A stretch of 64,000 nt of DNA, from NCBI GenBank assembly GCA_023247705.1, contig JAHFFY010000001.1:97358-161357 (forward strand), in the 5' to 3' direction. Below the pieces are notes generated by a model that made no database searches, had not been told where the DNA came from, and saw only the letters and a program-made list of their open reading frames with translations. The stretch comes from Candidatus Omnitrophota bacterium (GTDB taxonomy: Bacteria > Omnitrophota > Gorgyraeia > Zapsychrales > JAHFFX01). Positions 41,437-50,772 of the stretch are shown piece after piece (the first letter of the stretch is position 1; every line of letters begins with the position of its first letter). The translations under genes and the position numbers were made by a program.

Positions 41437-42300
41437 TCAAGCCCGAGGATGGGCCTTATCATAGACACTTTTTAAACGTTCGGTTGTCACATGGGTGTAA
41501 ATCTGAGTTGTTGAAAGATTCGCATGCCCCAATAATTCCTGGACTGAACGCAGATCCGCTCCCCGGTTCAGAAGATGTGTGGCAAAAGAATGCCGCAGGA
41601 CGTGCGGCGAAACATGCTTTTGCATGCTCGTTTTCCGAATATACTTGACCATAATATTGCATACACTTCTGGCCGAAAGACGCTTCCCGATTTTATTTAA
41701 GAACAACGCTGTTGATGAATGTTTTCTTAAGTTCAGATATTCCTGAATGGCTTCCAGGGCATGATCGCCAATGGGAACTAAGCGTTCCTTTTTTCCTTTC
41801 CCTAATACTTTAATCACATTGCCGATCAAATCCACGCGGTCTATATTTAACCCCACCAGTTCGCTCACGCGTATTCCGGTCGAGTAGAGTGTTTCCAGAA
41901 TGGCTTTATCGCGCTTGCCGATCACTTTATCGGTCGATGGGGATTCAATAAAATGAACCATTTCATCTTCACTCAGGAAATTCGGTAACTTCTTATCCAG
42001 TTTCGGGGTCATCAACAAGAGTGCGGGATTGTTCTGAATATGCTGATCTCGTTGTAAAAACCTGAAAAAACTCCGTAAAGCCGAAATCTTTCTGGCCAAA
42101 GTCCGGGGTTTATAATTCTTTGTTCTTAACTCACCCAAGTATCTTCGCAATAACAGATAGTCCACCTCGCCCAAAGGCACCTGACCAATAAACACGATAA
42201 AATGCTCAAGATCAGTCTGATAATTCAGTAAGGTGTGGCTTGAATAATTCTTTTCAACTTCAAGGTAGGACAGGAATTTATCGATGTGGGGATGAGCCAT
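41437..42300 (-). CDS. xerC: Tyrosine recombinase XerC-type
   Basis: LYSTGIRVSEL, GKGKKER, HVLRHSFATHLL, LGHA.LSTTQIY, HPRA; topA-xer context. Confidence 0.88.
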   Translation of the reverse strand: MAHPHIDKFLSYLEVEKNYSSHTLLNYQTDLEHFIVFIGQVPLGEVDYLLLRRYLGELRTKNYKPRTLARKISALRSFFRFLQRDQHIQNNPALLLMTPKLDKKLPNFLSEDEMVHFIESPSTDKVIGKRDKAILETLYSTGIRVSELVGLNIDRVDLIGNVIKVLGKGKKERLVPIGDHALEAIQEYLNLRKHSSTALFLNKIGKRLSARSVCNIMVKYIRKTSMQKHVSPHVLRHSFATHLLNRGADLRSVQELLGHANLSTTQIYTHVTTERLKSVYDKAHPRA

Positions 42301-42398
42301 TTTTACGTACTAAATCCTCCTAAAGAGATCGGAATGCTTTCTAAAAATTTAAGCAATGAGAGAGCTGTTCAGCAGTAGGATATCACACTCTTGATACT

Positions 42399-44360
42399 TT
42401 AGGAAGAACTCGGTAATTTATTCGAGATATGCGTGCATTCCGGGAACCGGCTGCACCCGTAAAAGGTCATCCCGCGCTTGGAACGCCTCTCCACCAATTC
42501 CCCTGAGCATCCCGGCTCGGGGCATTTGACTCCGGTTGAAAACGGAGCGGCGAACTTGCATTCAGGAAACCCGGAACAGCTTAAGAACTTGCCCTTGCGG
42601 CCCCATTTAATGCTCATTTGTTTGCCGCATTGCGGACAGACCTTGTCGATCAGATTTTGGGTCTTAACGATGGTGTTCATCGCGTAATCCAATTCTTCTT
42701 TAAAGGGCTGGTAGAATTCGTGCAAGAGTTTGACGTACTCTAATTGACCCTCCTCTACCATATCCAGATTCTCTTCCATGGAGGCGGTAAAACCGATATC
42801 CATAATTTTAGGGAAATATTCGATGAGGAGTTCGCAGATTTTGATCCCGAGTTCTGTGGCCATAAAATATCCACGTTCACGGATCACATAATTGCGCAGC
42901 ACTAACGTTTGAATAATCGAGGCGTAGGTGCTGGGTCGTCCGATCCCGGCTTCTTCCAATGTCTTGACCAAACTCCCTTCCGAGTAACGCGCAGGTGGCT
43001 TGGTAAAATGTTGGGAAGGATGAATCTCTTTTAGATTCAAACGATCGTCTTTTAAATACGGGCTCAAATCCTTTTTCTCTTCATCAGCCCGCGATTCACG
43101 ATCAAGGATCTGATAACCATCAAAAACCAGCGTAGAACCGGACGTAGCGAAAAGAAATTCTCCCGCGGTGATCTCAATTCTTTTTTGTTGATAGATCGCA
43201 GGAGTCATTTGACAGCTGACAAACCGTTTCCAAATCAGGTCGTAAAGTTTATATTGTTCTGGTGTCAGAAATTGTTGAATCGTTTCCGGTTTGCGCATCA
43301 CCTCGGTGGGACGGATCGCTTCATGCGCTTCCTGCGCGGATTTTTTCGATTTATAAACATTGGGAGTTTCCGGAATATATTTTTTGCTGTAGTCTCTCTC
43401 AATCAGATGGCGTACTTTCGCGATCGCTTCTTTCGATAGATTTACTGAATCGGTTCTCATATAGGTAATCAAACCGGTCAATTCTTCCTGGCCGAGCTGG
43501 ATCCCTTCATAAAGTTCCTGGGCGATCATCATGGTTTTCGTGGTATGAAATCCCAGCTTGTTGAAGGCCTCCTGCTGGAGCGTGCTGGTGATCAAAGGCG
43601 GCAAGGGTTTGCGCTGAACATCCTTTTGCGAAACATTGGAAATGATAAATTCTTTTTCATCCTTAATTTTTTGCGCGATCTCTTTTGTTTGCATCTCGGT
43701 TGTCAATTCACATTTTTTATCCGCGATTTTTTCTAAGTCAGCCGTCAGCAGTTCCGAAACCCCTTTCTTCTGAAGATCAACGGAGATTTTCCAGTATTCT
43801 TGGGGGACAAAATTTTTAATCGCCATCTCTCGTTCAACAACGAGCCGTAAGGCAACCGATTGAACCCGGCCGGCGCTTAAACGCGAACCGACTTTTTTCC
43901 ACAAAAGAGGACTGATCTGGTATCCGACAATCCGATCCAGGATACGTCTGGCCACCTGGGCATCAATTTTCTTCACATCAAACTCTTTGATATGTTTGAA
44001 CGCCTCTAAAACCGCGTCTTTGGTGATCTCATGAAAAACGACGCGATAAAATTTTTTATCTGAACCGAGATGCTGAGCGATGTTCCAGCCGATCGCCTCC
44101 CCTTCACGGTCAGGATCTGTGGCAATATAGATTATTTTTTTGGATTTTGCTTCTTTTTTAAGCGAGGTTAAAATTTTTTGTTTATTTCTAACCACAACAA
44201 AGCGTGTATTAAAATTATCCTCGACATCCACCCCCAGAGTCGATTTGGGAAGATCAATTAAATGACCCATGGATGACAAGACTTTGAACTTGTCTCCTAA
44301 AATTTTGTTGATGGTCTTGACTTTTGCCGGAGATTCAACGATAACGAGCGCTTTAATCAT
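42399..44360 (-). CDS. topA: DNA topoisomerase I
   Basis: IVESPAK, ATDPDREGE, SAGRVQS, ITYMRTD, QEAHEAIRP, GIGRPSTY, two Zn ribbons. Confidence 0.98.
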   Translation of the reverse strand: MIKALVIVESPAKVKTINKILGDKFKVLSSMGHLIDLPKSTLGVDVEDNFNTRFVVVRNKQKILTSLKKEAKSKKIIYIATDPDREGEAIGWNIAQHLGSDKKFYRVVFHEITKDAVLEAFKHIKEFDVKKIDAQVARRILDRIVGYQISPLLWKKVGSRLSAGRVQSVALRLVVEREMAIKNFVPQEYWKISVDLQKKGVSELLTADLEKIADKKCELTTEMQTKEIAQKIKDEKEFIISNVSQKDVQRKPLPPLITSTLQQEAFNKLGFHTTKTMMIAQELYEGIQLGQEELTGLITYMRTDSVNLSKEAIAKVRHLIERDYSKKYIPETPNVYKSKKSAQEAHEAIRPTEVMRKPETIQQFLTPEQYKLYDLIWKRFVSCQMTPAIYQQKRIEITAGEFLFATSGSTLVFDGYQILDRESRADEEKKDLSPYLKDDRLNLKEIHPSQHFTKPPARYSEGSLVKTLEEAGIGRPSTYASIIQTLVLRNYVIRERGYFMATELGIKICELLIEYFPKIMDIGFTASMEENLDMVEEGQLEYVKLLHEFYQPFKEELDYAMNTIVKTQNLIDKVCPQCGKQMSIKWGRKGKFLSCSGFPECKFAAPFSTGVKCPEPGCSGELVERRSKRGMTFYGCSRFPECTHISNKLPSSS

Positions 44361-44376
44361 AAGTTTTGTAGTCCTT

Positions 44377-45549
44377 TTAGCTGTTGCGAACGAATTTTTT
44401 TCCTGGGATTTGGCGGATTTTGCTTTTCAACTCAAGATTCAACAGGGCCATGGCCAAACTGGACACTGAAATCCGGCAATTCAATGCCAGCCCATCCAGA
44501 TCAATGGAATCATTGATAGGAATCTGTTGATACACTAATTTCTCCTCTGCTGTTAAACTCTGGGGTGTTGTTGCCCCTGATTCATGCGTACTTTGTAATT
44601 CTGTCAATCTTCGATTTTGAAGTTCGCCTTTCGTTTCCCGTGATTCCTTTTGCGCCGGATAGTTCGCTAATTTTTCTTCCAACTCGTTCCAGACATCTTC
44701 CGGAGAGGTCACCAAGGTTGCGCCTTCTCTAATAAGGCGGTTCACACCTTGAGCGGAAGGTTGATCGATTTTGCCTGGAATAGCAAAGACTTCTCTGCCC
44801 TGCTCTAAAGCGAAATCACTGGTGATCAGCGCACCGCTTTTCTGCGAGGCTTCGACCACAACCACCCCTAACGATAATCCGCTGATAATCCGGTTACGCC
44901 GCGGAAAATTATAGGCAATCGGCGGTGTTTCCATGGGAAATTCCGAGACCAATGCCCCTTCACGCGCGATCGCGTTCGACAATATTTTATTTTCCAGCGG
45001 ATAGGTTATGGAAAGCCCGCAACCGAGAACCGCAACCGTGGTTCCGTTCACCCGCTGGACGGCGTGATGACACGCTGTGTCAATCCCTTTGGCCATTCCG
45101 GAAATTATATTCAATCCCCTTTCCGCCAGAAACATCGCAAATTTTTCCGCTACGGTCAATCCATAGATCGAGGCCTTCCGGGAACCGACCATTGCTACGC
45201 TGGGATTAGGCAATTTCGCAACATCCCCGCGAACATAAAGCACGTTGGGACTATCCGGGATCTGACTTAATAGCCATGGATACGCATCATCCTGATAGGC
45301 CAACACATGAATTCCAAAAGATTGAACAAGATTATATTCGGTTTTAAGGAATCTGTCTTTAGGAAATTTGAGAATATTTTCGATCGCTTTTAACGGGAGA
45401 GAACACTCATGGGGAAGATTGGTGAACTGCCGTTTATTTAACTCTAAAATTTTTTCGGCTGAAGCTAAATAATCGATTAATTTTTTTACGCGATCGTTGC
45501 GTAATCCAGGAATGGCGTTCAAAACTAATAACGCATCTAAGTCTGTCAT
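44377..45549 (-). CDS. dprA: DNA-processing protein
   Basis: VGSR, SGMAKGID, AVLGCG, FPRRNRIISG, SGALIT, QGREVFAIPG. Confidence 0.97.
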   Translation of the reverse strand: MTDLDALLVLNAIPGLRNDRVKKLIDYLASAEKILELNKRQFTNLPHECSLPLKAIENILKFPKDRFLKTEYNLVQSFGIHVLAYQDDAYPWLLSQIPDSPNVLYVRGDVAKLPNPSVAMVGSRKASIYGLTVAEKFAMFLAERGLNIISGMAKGIDTACHHAVQRVNGTTVAVLGCGLSITYPLENKILSNAIAREGALVSEFPMETPPIAYNFPRRNRIISGLSLGVVVVEASQKSGALITSDFALEQGREVFAIPGKIDQPSAQGVNRLIREGATLVTSPEDVWNELEEKLANYPAQKESRETKGELQNRRLTELQSTHESGATTPQSLTAEEKLVYQQIPINDSIDLDGLALNCRISVSSLAMALLNLELKSKIRQIPGKKFVRNS

Positions 45550-45652
45550 AGTTGTTTTTTATGTAATATTTTTAAAATTAGTCCTTTGTCTATTTTGACA
45601 ATAGACTAAAATAATTCCCCCTCCCCCCAGTTAAATCCAAACCAATTGAACC

Positions 45653-46171
45653 TTAAATTAATTTTGCGGATTTCAATTGTTTTAAAACAGCATCAGCCGT
45701 TTGTTCAACGGTCTGCAAATCGGTGTCGATCACATAATCCGCCTGTTCGTAATAGGACTTTCGTTTAGCCAGGAGCTCTTTTATCTTCGCGAGCGGATCA
45801 GAGACATTAAGCAATGGACGTGTCGAATGGAATTTTGTCCTGCGATAAATAACCTCCGGGCTTGTATAAAAATAAAATAAAATTCCTGTTTTTTTTAGAT
45901 TAATCAAGTTTTCATTCTGGATCACGACACCGCCGCCGCAATCGATGATAATATTTTTCTTCTGTGCAAGTTTAACAACAATTTCTTTTTCGAGCTTCCG
46001 AAAATACTCTTCACCGGAATCCCGGAAAACTTCAGCGACGGTGCGTTGTTCTTTTTGTTCGATGAGCTGGTCGGTTGAAGCAAACGCGACACCCAGCATC
46101 CGGGATAACCGCTGGGCGACCAGTGATTTCCCCGCTCCCATAAAACCAATCAAGACAATATTTTTTTTCAT
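45653..46171 (-). CDS. aroK: Shikimate kinase
   Basis: GFMGAGKS, GEEYFR, GGGVV, RPLL; start set at ATG 46171. Confidence 0.95.
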   Translation of the reverse strand: MKKNIVLIGFMGAGKSLVAQRLSRMLGVAFASTDQLIEQKEQRTVAEVFRDSGEEYFRKLEKEIVVKLAQKKNIIIDCGGGVVIQNENLINLKKTGILFYFYTSPEVIYRRTKFHSTRPLLNVSDPLAKIKELLAKRKSYYEQADYVIDTDLQTVEQTADAVLKQLKSAKLI

Positions 46172-46179
46172 GGCGCAGA

Positions 46180-46209
46180 ATTTTAACATACCTCTTGTCA
46201 AGAGGTCAA
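46180..46209 (-). promoter_or_regulatory. Putative promoter of aroK containing a 17-bp palindrome
   Basis: Minus strand TTGACC-N18-TAAAAT with TGn; ACCTCTTG-T-CAAGAGGT at 46190-46206. Confidence 0.6.
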
Positions 46210-46251
46210 ATTTGTGAACATAACGAACTAAGATAAAATCTCATTATGTAT

Positions 46252-46819
46252 TTATTTTCGATATCTCTTGCGAGCTTCTTCAATGATTTTGATGGCATCG
46301 TTTAAACTATGCCAACCTTCCACTCCGGTTTTTTTCTTCCAGATCTTTATAAACTTTGAAAAAATGCTCAAATTCTTTTAGTAAATGCGGAGGGACATCA
46401 TCTAAATCCCTAATATAATTCCAAAGCGGGTCTTTAATCGGCACACAAAGAATCTTTTCGTCCGGACCTTTTTCGTCCCACATTTTAAATAAACCGATCG
46501 GTCGTGATTCAATCATGCAACCCGGGAACGTCGGTTCCCATACTAAAACCAAAGCGTCTAGAGGATCTCCATCCATGGCTAATGTTTTTGGGATAAATCC
46601 ATAATCACTGGGGTAATGAACCACCGAGAAAAGCATCCGGTCGAATTTAAGTACATTTTTTTTAGTGTCAAATTCATATTTATTGCGGCTGCCTTGGGGA
46701 ATTTCAATCATCACCGAAATAATGAGATCATTGACTTCAGACAATTTTTTGTTTTGGTTTGCTAATCTTTTTCTTGTAACTCTGGGATTATTCTTTTTTA
46801 ATCGATTTGCTTTGTTCAT
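46252..46819 (-). CDS. ppa: Inorganic pyrophosphatase (family I), frameshifted near the 3' end in an A7 run
   Basis: EIPQGSRNKYE, YPSDYGF, DGDPLD, DEKGPDEK; expected tail KTGVEGWHSLNDAIKIIEEARKRYRK* lies in another frame ending at 46252. Confidence 0.92.
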
Positions 46820-46845
46820 AGCTTTTGATTCCCTTCTCAATCGGT

Positions 46846-47919
46846 TCAAACACTAAACCGAAAATAAACGATATCGCCCTCTTTAATCTCATAATCTTTC
46901 CCTTCAAGAGAGACCAGCCCTTTTTCTTGAACCGCTTTATAGGTCCCGAGGGTCAGAAGGTCATTGTATTTATAAATTTCTGCGCGGATGAATCCACGTT
47001 CGATATCCGTATGAATTTTGCCGGCCGCTTTACTGGCTTTGGTTCCGCCGGGAATCAGCCAGGCACGGGTTTCTTTGGGCCCAGCGGTAAAAAAGCAGAC
47101 TAAATTCAAGAGTTCCCGTCCGGCTTTAGCCAACGCCGCTAATCCCGGAGAAGTAATTCCAGCCGCTTCGTAGTAGGCCGACCGCTCTTCGGGAGGCAAC
47201 TGGACGATTTCCGCTTCCAGCTTGGTGCATAAAACAACAATCGCCGCGCCATCTCTTTGAGCCCGGGTTTCCAATGGTTCTAAAATTTTTTGATTCACCT
47301 CTCCTTCATCCACATTGGCGACATAAAGTAATGGCTTGGAAGTTAAGAATTGAAATTCCTGGATCAATTCCGCTGGAATTTTTATTTTTCTGGCCGGCTT
47401 CCCTTCATTGAACTGCGTCATAATCTCTTCCAGAACGGTCATTTTTTCGCGCGCTTTGCTATCACCGGCATGCGCAGATCCTTTGATCTTGTCTATGGAT
47501 TTCTGACATTGCTGGATGTCGGCCAACAACAGTTCGGTTTCGATGATTTCAGCGGCATTCACCGGATCAAGTGTTTCCATGACATTGACCACATTCTCAT
47601 CGTTGAAACAGCGCACCACATGGGCAATGGCATCCACCGAGCGGATGTGAGAAAGAAATTTGTTTCCTAATCCCTGTCCTTGACTGGCGCCTTTTACGAT
47701 GCCGGCAATGTCCACGAAACGGATCCCGGCTGGCGTGATTTTATCGCTATTGAATTTTTTGCCTAAAATATTTAACCGTTGGTCCGGCAACGGCACAACG
47801 CCGACATTCGGTTCAATCGTGGTGAATGGAAAATTTTCCGCAGCCACGGCCGCTCCGGTTAAGGCGTTAAAAAGGGTCGATTTTCCTACGTTCGGTAAAC
47901 CAACAATCCCTATTTCCAT
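46846..47919 (-). CDS. ychF: Redox-regulated Obg-family ATPase
   Basis: GLPNVGKSTLFN, FTTIEPNVG, VDIAG, GQGLGNKFL, AAGKIHTD..RGFIRAE, EGKDY. Confidence 0.97.
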   Translation of the reverse strand: MEIGIVGLPNVGKSTLFNALTGAAVAAENFPFTTIEPNVGVVPLPDQRLNILGKKFNSDKITPAGIRFVDIAGIVKGASQGQGLGNKFLSHIRSVDAIAHVVRCFNDENVVNVMETLDPVNAAEIIETELLLADIQQCQKSIDKIKGSAHAGDSKAREKMTVLEEIMTQFNEGKPARKIKIPAELIQEFQFLTSKPLLYVANVDEGEVNQKILEPLETRAQRDGAAIVVLCTKLEAEIVQLPPEERSAYYEAAGITSPGLAALAKAGRELLNLVCFFTAGPKETRAWLIPGGTKASKAAGKIHTDIERGFIRAEIYKYNDLLTLGTYKAVQEKGLVSLEGKDYEIKEGDIVYFRFSV

Positions 47920-47946
47920 CGGTCGACCTCATCGATTTTCAGAAAT

Positions 47947-48045
47947 TTTATTGAGCTTTTCCTTCCCAACGCTAAATTTCTCGCTTGCGACATCAACGCT
48001 GGCGAGAGATTTAGCGTTTCGTTTAATCGAAAGAAGCTCAATAAA
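47947..48045. other. 99-nt rod-like stem-loop element (candidate structured RNA or palindromic DNA element)
   Basis: 14-bp outer stem (47947-47960/48032-48045), 7x13 internal loop, 22-position inner stem (47968-47989/47997-48018), 7-nt loop. Confidence 0.75.
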
Positions 48046-48061
48046 CCAAAATACACCTTTG

Positions 48062-48439
48062 TTATCCTTTGCATTCAATTCCCTCTGCGTTTAAAAATAA
48101 TCGGATGATCTCCCGATGTTCGCCCTGAATCTCAATCACGCCGAATTCCTGCAAACGATATGTTCCACCGGAACCACATTTGATTTTGATTTTCTTGGCG
48201 AGATCCTTTAAATAAAATTCCTGTTTCGGTAAATGGTCAATCACGGTCACCGTTTTCCCTTTGCGTCCGCTTTTTTCAATACGCAAAACAGCAGTGATGT
48301 GATGCGGGGTTTTCGCAGATTCTTTGGGACAACGGCATTCCGGCATCAAATATTTGCACCGTGGACATTTCTTATTGTGTGCGGGGTCGGTTGAGTAAAC
48401 CAAAACCTCATTGCTGGAGTTTATATTTTTGATACTCAT
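48062..48439 (-). CDS. yciH: SUI1/eIF1-family translation factor
   Basis: LVYSTD, CPRC..CRC, GRKGKTVTVI, KCGSGGT, IEIQG.HR. Confidence 0.92.
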   Translation of the reverse strand: MSIKNINSSNEVLVYSTDPAHNKKCPRCKYLMPECRCPKESAKTPHHITAVLRIEKSGRKGKTVTVIDHLPKQEFYLKDLAKKIKIKCGSGGTYRLQEFGVIEIQGEHREIIRLFLNAEGIECKG

Positions 48440-48577
48440 GGTTGTGTTCCCTGATATTTCGAGATTCAACGAATCAAAACGGGGTTGACCAAAGACCAGA
48501 CAAATCGAAGGGAAAGTATACCACCAGAATTGAAATTATCCTCATAAAAATTTACTTGCCTGGATCACCGGCTTTTT

Positions 48578-49486
48578 TTAGCCACCAGCCACGGGCGGGA
48601 TCAAGACGACCTGATCCCCTGGCTTTAAAGGGGTTTCCCAAGGCCGAAATTCATTATTGATCGCAACCCGGACAAGGGCGATGGGTAATTGGAACCCGTG
48701 TTTGACTTTTAATTCTTCATACAATGCGCCTGCGGTTGCCGCCGATGTCGAAATAATTTCTTGACTTGTTCCCCGTGATTCCCTTAAAAGGGCATAATAT
48801 TGAACTTGAATGCGTTTGTTCCGGCTAGCTTTATTCGGTGATAAAGTGTGAAGGTGTTGTAGGGCTTCCTTAAATTCAACGGGGTCATTAATATTGTTCA
48901 ATGCCATTTTATCGTTTGGAGTTATAAGCTCAATATCAGAATTAATCAAAATTTTTCTCGGACAGTTAATGCCTTTCTTGAGAAATGACAGCATTTTTTT
49001 ATAAATTCCAGTCTCATAAATCGCGCATAATGGTTCGGGTAGCCCATCGAAACTACTGGCATAGGCGGTGGCTGGTTTTTTAGGATTTCTTTTTTCGATT
49101 AAATTTTTAATTGTTGAGGCATTCACGTAAGGCAGATCACAGGCCAAAACCAGCCAGCAGACGTCCGGATATCGCTCCATCGCAGAGAGAATTCCGCCTA
49201 AAGGTCCTATGTCGTGATATTTTTTATCATCATGGATTTGGGGTAACCCTTCATGCCCGTTTAACGTGGATTGATCTTCACGGTTTGAAAGAAAAACATT
49301 TTGGCAATAACTCTTGAGGAGTTCATAACAATACACCGTCTGCGGTTTGCCGTGATAATTCAAAACGGATTTGTCCTGCTGCATGCGACGGCTTTTTCCG
49401 CCGCCTAAAATTAAACCGTACAATATGCTCTTGGCTCCGGACGTCTGTTTTGAACGGTTAACTTTTTTAATACTTTTGTTTTTCAT
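48578..49486 (-). CDS. mobA: Fused Moco guanylyltransferase MobA and MoaD sulfur carrier
   Basis: GGKSRRM..DK, GPLGGI, LACDLP, EPLCAIY, NINDP; then YYALLRE, VAINNEF, GD.V.LIPPVAGG*. Confidence 0.9.
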   Translation of the reverse strand: MKNKSIKKVNRSKQTSGAKSILYGLILGGGKSRRMQQDKSVLNYHGKPQTVYCYELLKSYCQNVFLSNREDQSTLNGHEGLPQIHDDKKYHDIGPLGGILSAMERYPDVCWLVLACDLPYVNASTIKNLIEKRNPKKPATAYASSFDGLPEPLCAIYETGIYKKMLSFLKKGINCPRKILINSDIELITPNDKMALNNINDPVEFKEALQHLHTLSPNKASRNKRIQVQYYALLRESRGTSQEIISTSAATAGALYEELKVKHGFQLPIALVRVAINNEFRPWETPLKPGDQVVLIPPVAGG

Positions 49487-49528
49487 CGTAAACTTTCATT
49501 TCGTTTTTGAACGATTCCTAAATTTTTT

Positions 49529-50752
49529 TTAAAACCAGCCCCAGCGGTAAAAGGGAACCACTGTCTTGGCGTCAAAAAAATTTTGGCCAGCCGCTAATTC
49601 AACAAACCCATCGCTATGGGCCAATGCGAGCAAATCACCGGATCCAGAGTGAGTCACCGGGTTAGCCAACCGTGCCCCTTTTTCACTCTTGATCCGCACA
49701 GGCAAAAAATTACTCAACGAATTTTTGATCGTGACACCGGTCGACAAGGCATAAAATTCTTTCTCAATGTGTGCCGCCCCCATGGATCGCTTCAATTGAG
49801 GAAGAACATACCGATAGAAACAAACGTGCGTCGAAGCCGGATTGCCCGGTAAGGCAAAGACCATCTTTCCTCTTTTCGTGATCCCAAAAGCGAATGGTTT
49901 CCCGGGTTTTTGCCTCACTGTATGAAAAAGGATTTTAATTTTTAATTCTTTCATCACCGCGGGAATAAAGTCATATTTTCCCATGGAAACTCCTCCGCTG
50001 ACAATCAAGATATCGAATTTCTGTAGAATTTGATCAAGTTTCGTCAATAATATTTTCTTGTCATCCGGCAGATGAAACATCCTATTTTGTGAGAAACCAT
50101 GATGGCTCAACGCGGCCTGCAGACCATACGCGTTAGAAGGTCGAATCTGATAGGGTTTAATTCGAGCATTAATTCCGACGATTTCATTTCCAGTCGAAAT
50201 AATCGCAATGCTGGGCCGGGCGCTGATTTTTACTTTGGCTTTACCAACACTGACTAACATGGCGATTTGTTGCGCTAAAAGAACATCCCCTTTTTTAACA
50301 AGCAGGGTTCCTTTGGTAAAATCAGCGGCTTTCTTCAGAACATATTGCATGGATAAAGGCTGAAAATCTTTATTCACGTTCGCTTCGTTGTCATCCATTT
50401 TCACTTGTTCGATGGGAATAACACAATCTGTTCCGCGCGGAAGCACCGCGCCCGTCATAACCTGCCAACAGCCGTGGGGATTTTGTAATTTGTTTTCCTT
50501 CTGGCCAGCCGCCTGAATTCCTTCAATTGTGTACGAACGAACCCCCTTTTGCCATGCAGCAAGTGAAATGGCGATCCCATCCATAAAAACTTTTTGAAAA
50601 TTCGGGTGATCCCGATCGGCATAAATATTTTCCCGGAGAACAGCGCCGCACGCATCTGCGGTGGGTGATCGAATGGTAGAAAATTGCCCGCAGGATTTTT
50701 GGATTATTTCTTCTGCTTCAAAAACAGAAATCATCTGTTTAGTCATGGTCAT
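49529..50752 (-). CDS. moeA: Molybdopterin molybdotransferase
   Basis: MDGIA, VMTGAVLP.GTD, STGNE, SGGVSMGKYD, QKPGKP, LPGNP. Confidence 0.96.
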   Translation of the reverse strand: MTMTKQMISVFEAEEIIQKSCGQFSTIRSPTADACGAVLRENIYADRDHPNFQKVFMDGIAISLAAWQKGVRSYTIEGIQAAGQKENKLQNPHGCWQVMTGAVLPRGTDCVIPIEQVKMDDNEANVNKDFQPLSMQYVLKKAADFTKGTLLVKKGDVLLAQQIAMLVSVGKAKVKISARPSIAIISTGNEIVGINARIKPYQIRPSNAYGLQAALSHHGFSQNRMFHLPDDKKILLTKLDQILQKFDILIVSGGVSMGKYDFIPAVMKELKIKILFHTVRQKPGKPFAFGITKRGKMVFALPGNPASTHVCFYRYVLPQLKRSMGAAHIEKEFYALSTGVTIKNSLSNFLPVRIKSEKGARLANPVTHSGSGDLLALAHSDGFVELAAGQNFFDAKTVVPFYRWGWF

Positions 50753-50772
50753 TACCCGTTGATTGAATGATT

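Noticed and set aside
41437-42300. Tyrosine recombinase as integrase of a mobile element or integron
   Set aside because: Housekeeping dprA-topA-xerC context, no IntI-specific insertion, no att sites or cargo.
46180-46210. dif site (TATGTTAAA resembles the XerD arm, and xerC is nearby)
   Set aside because: No XerC-like arm at 6-bp spacing; better explained as an extended -10 box.
47947-48045. SRP RNA, 6S RNA or attC identity for the long hairpin
   Set aside because: No SRP helix-8 motif; too short and wrong context for 6S; no proper RYYYAAC/GTTRRRY boxes with extrahelical bases.
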